Source of the DNA: Dimorphilus gyrociliatus
Taxonomy: Eukaryota; Animalia; Annelida
Direction of reading: 5' to 3'
Length of the DNA stretch: 64,000 bases
NCBI GenBank assembly: GCA_904063045.1
Contig: CAJFCJ010000007.1
Location: forward strand, 926,819 to 990,818
The notes beneath the pieces are model-generated. The model was given only the letters and a program-made list of their open reading frames with translations. It was not told where the DNA came from and did no database searches. Shown here in pieces: positions 63,521-64,000 of this stretch. The translations under genes and the position numbers were made by a program. Each line of letters begins with the position of its first letter. Position 1 is the first letter of the stretch.

Positions 63521-64000
63521 CTTAACCGTCAAAAATTGGCCTGTTCAAAGTACAAGAATCGACAGAATCAAATCATTGCGTTATAAGACAAATAGATATC
63601 ATTTATCACACAAAATTCTATACATTAATAAATAATTGAATTGCTTGAAAATCAGTTACATCTATTGATTCAAAAAACTAGTTATTTAACCGACGAAACG
63701 GAACGTTTTTGATAGGATTTCTGGTAGTCATAGAAAAAGGAATTTTTTTTTAAATTTCTTTCATTCGCAATAATTTATTGGACAGATTTATAGATGAGAG
63801 AATATATTGTTACCTTGTTTAGCTATATGTTCATACTGATCAAGTTGAAAAAAGGTTTTCTTGATTTTTCTCACTCTTTTCGATCCAAAAGTGCCGATTG
63901 CGCGCTCTAGTTTCACGCAGACTGGTATATGCTTCCGCACAATCTGTGATGTACCGTTTTACGTCACGTGCCGAATAACACAACAAATAAACTCTTTTCT

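Noticed and set aside
62837-63560. Telomerase RNA hypothesis (ACCTAAC template-like segment, possible H/ACA boxes)
   Set aside because: The putative template is sequestered in a perfect hairpin, fits TTAGG rather than TTAGGG, and no pseudoknot or CR4/5 was recognisable.

Overview
AT-rich, gene-dense eukaryotic (animal) DNA with mostly 55-130 nt spliceosomal introns. The gene content and compactness suggest a small-genome lophotrochozoan such as the annelid Dimorphilus; that identity is inference only. Protein genes, in order: DN-type neural cadherin (-), flotillin-1 (-), PKA type II regulatory subunit (-), CFAP69 (+), MAP3K4 (-), EDC4 (+), CSTF2 (-), MPC1 (+), an orphan ORF (-), SPATS1 (-), a lectin/CUB single-pass receptor (+) and E2F7/8 (-). 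Two Pol III RNA genes are present: RNase MRP RNA (+) and U6 (-). The most notable structure is in flotillin-1, which carries three interleaved duplicated exon pairs: two alternative first exons (one FLOT1-like, one myristoylatable and FLOT2-like) and two candidate mutually exclusive internal pairs. U6 and MRP share a 21-nt upstream element at identical spacing. A third copy of it, without a TATA box, precedes an unidentified hairpin RNA candidate nested antisense in the E2F7/8 5'UTR intron. Other points: a 4-nt micro-exon and a GC-AG intron in MPC1, a candidate 12-nt cadherin micro-exon, a degenerate RRM and an octapeptide repeat in CSTF2, and a CTCF-like motif recurring at promoters. Exon boundaries were read by hand and need RNA-seq confirmation. 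No tRNA, rRNA, CRISPR array or transposon was recognised.
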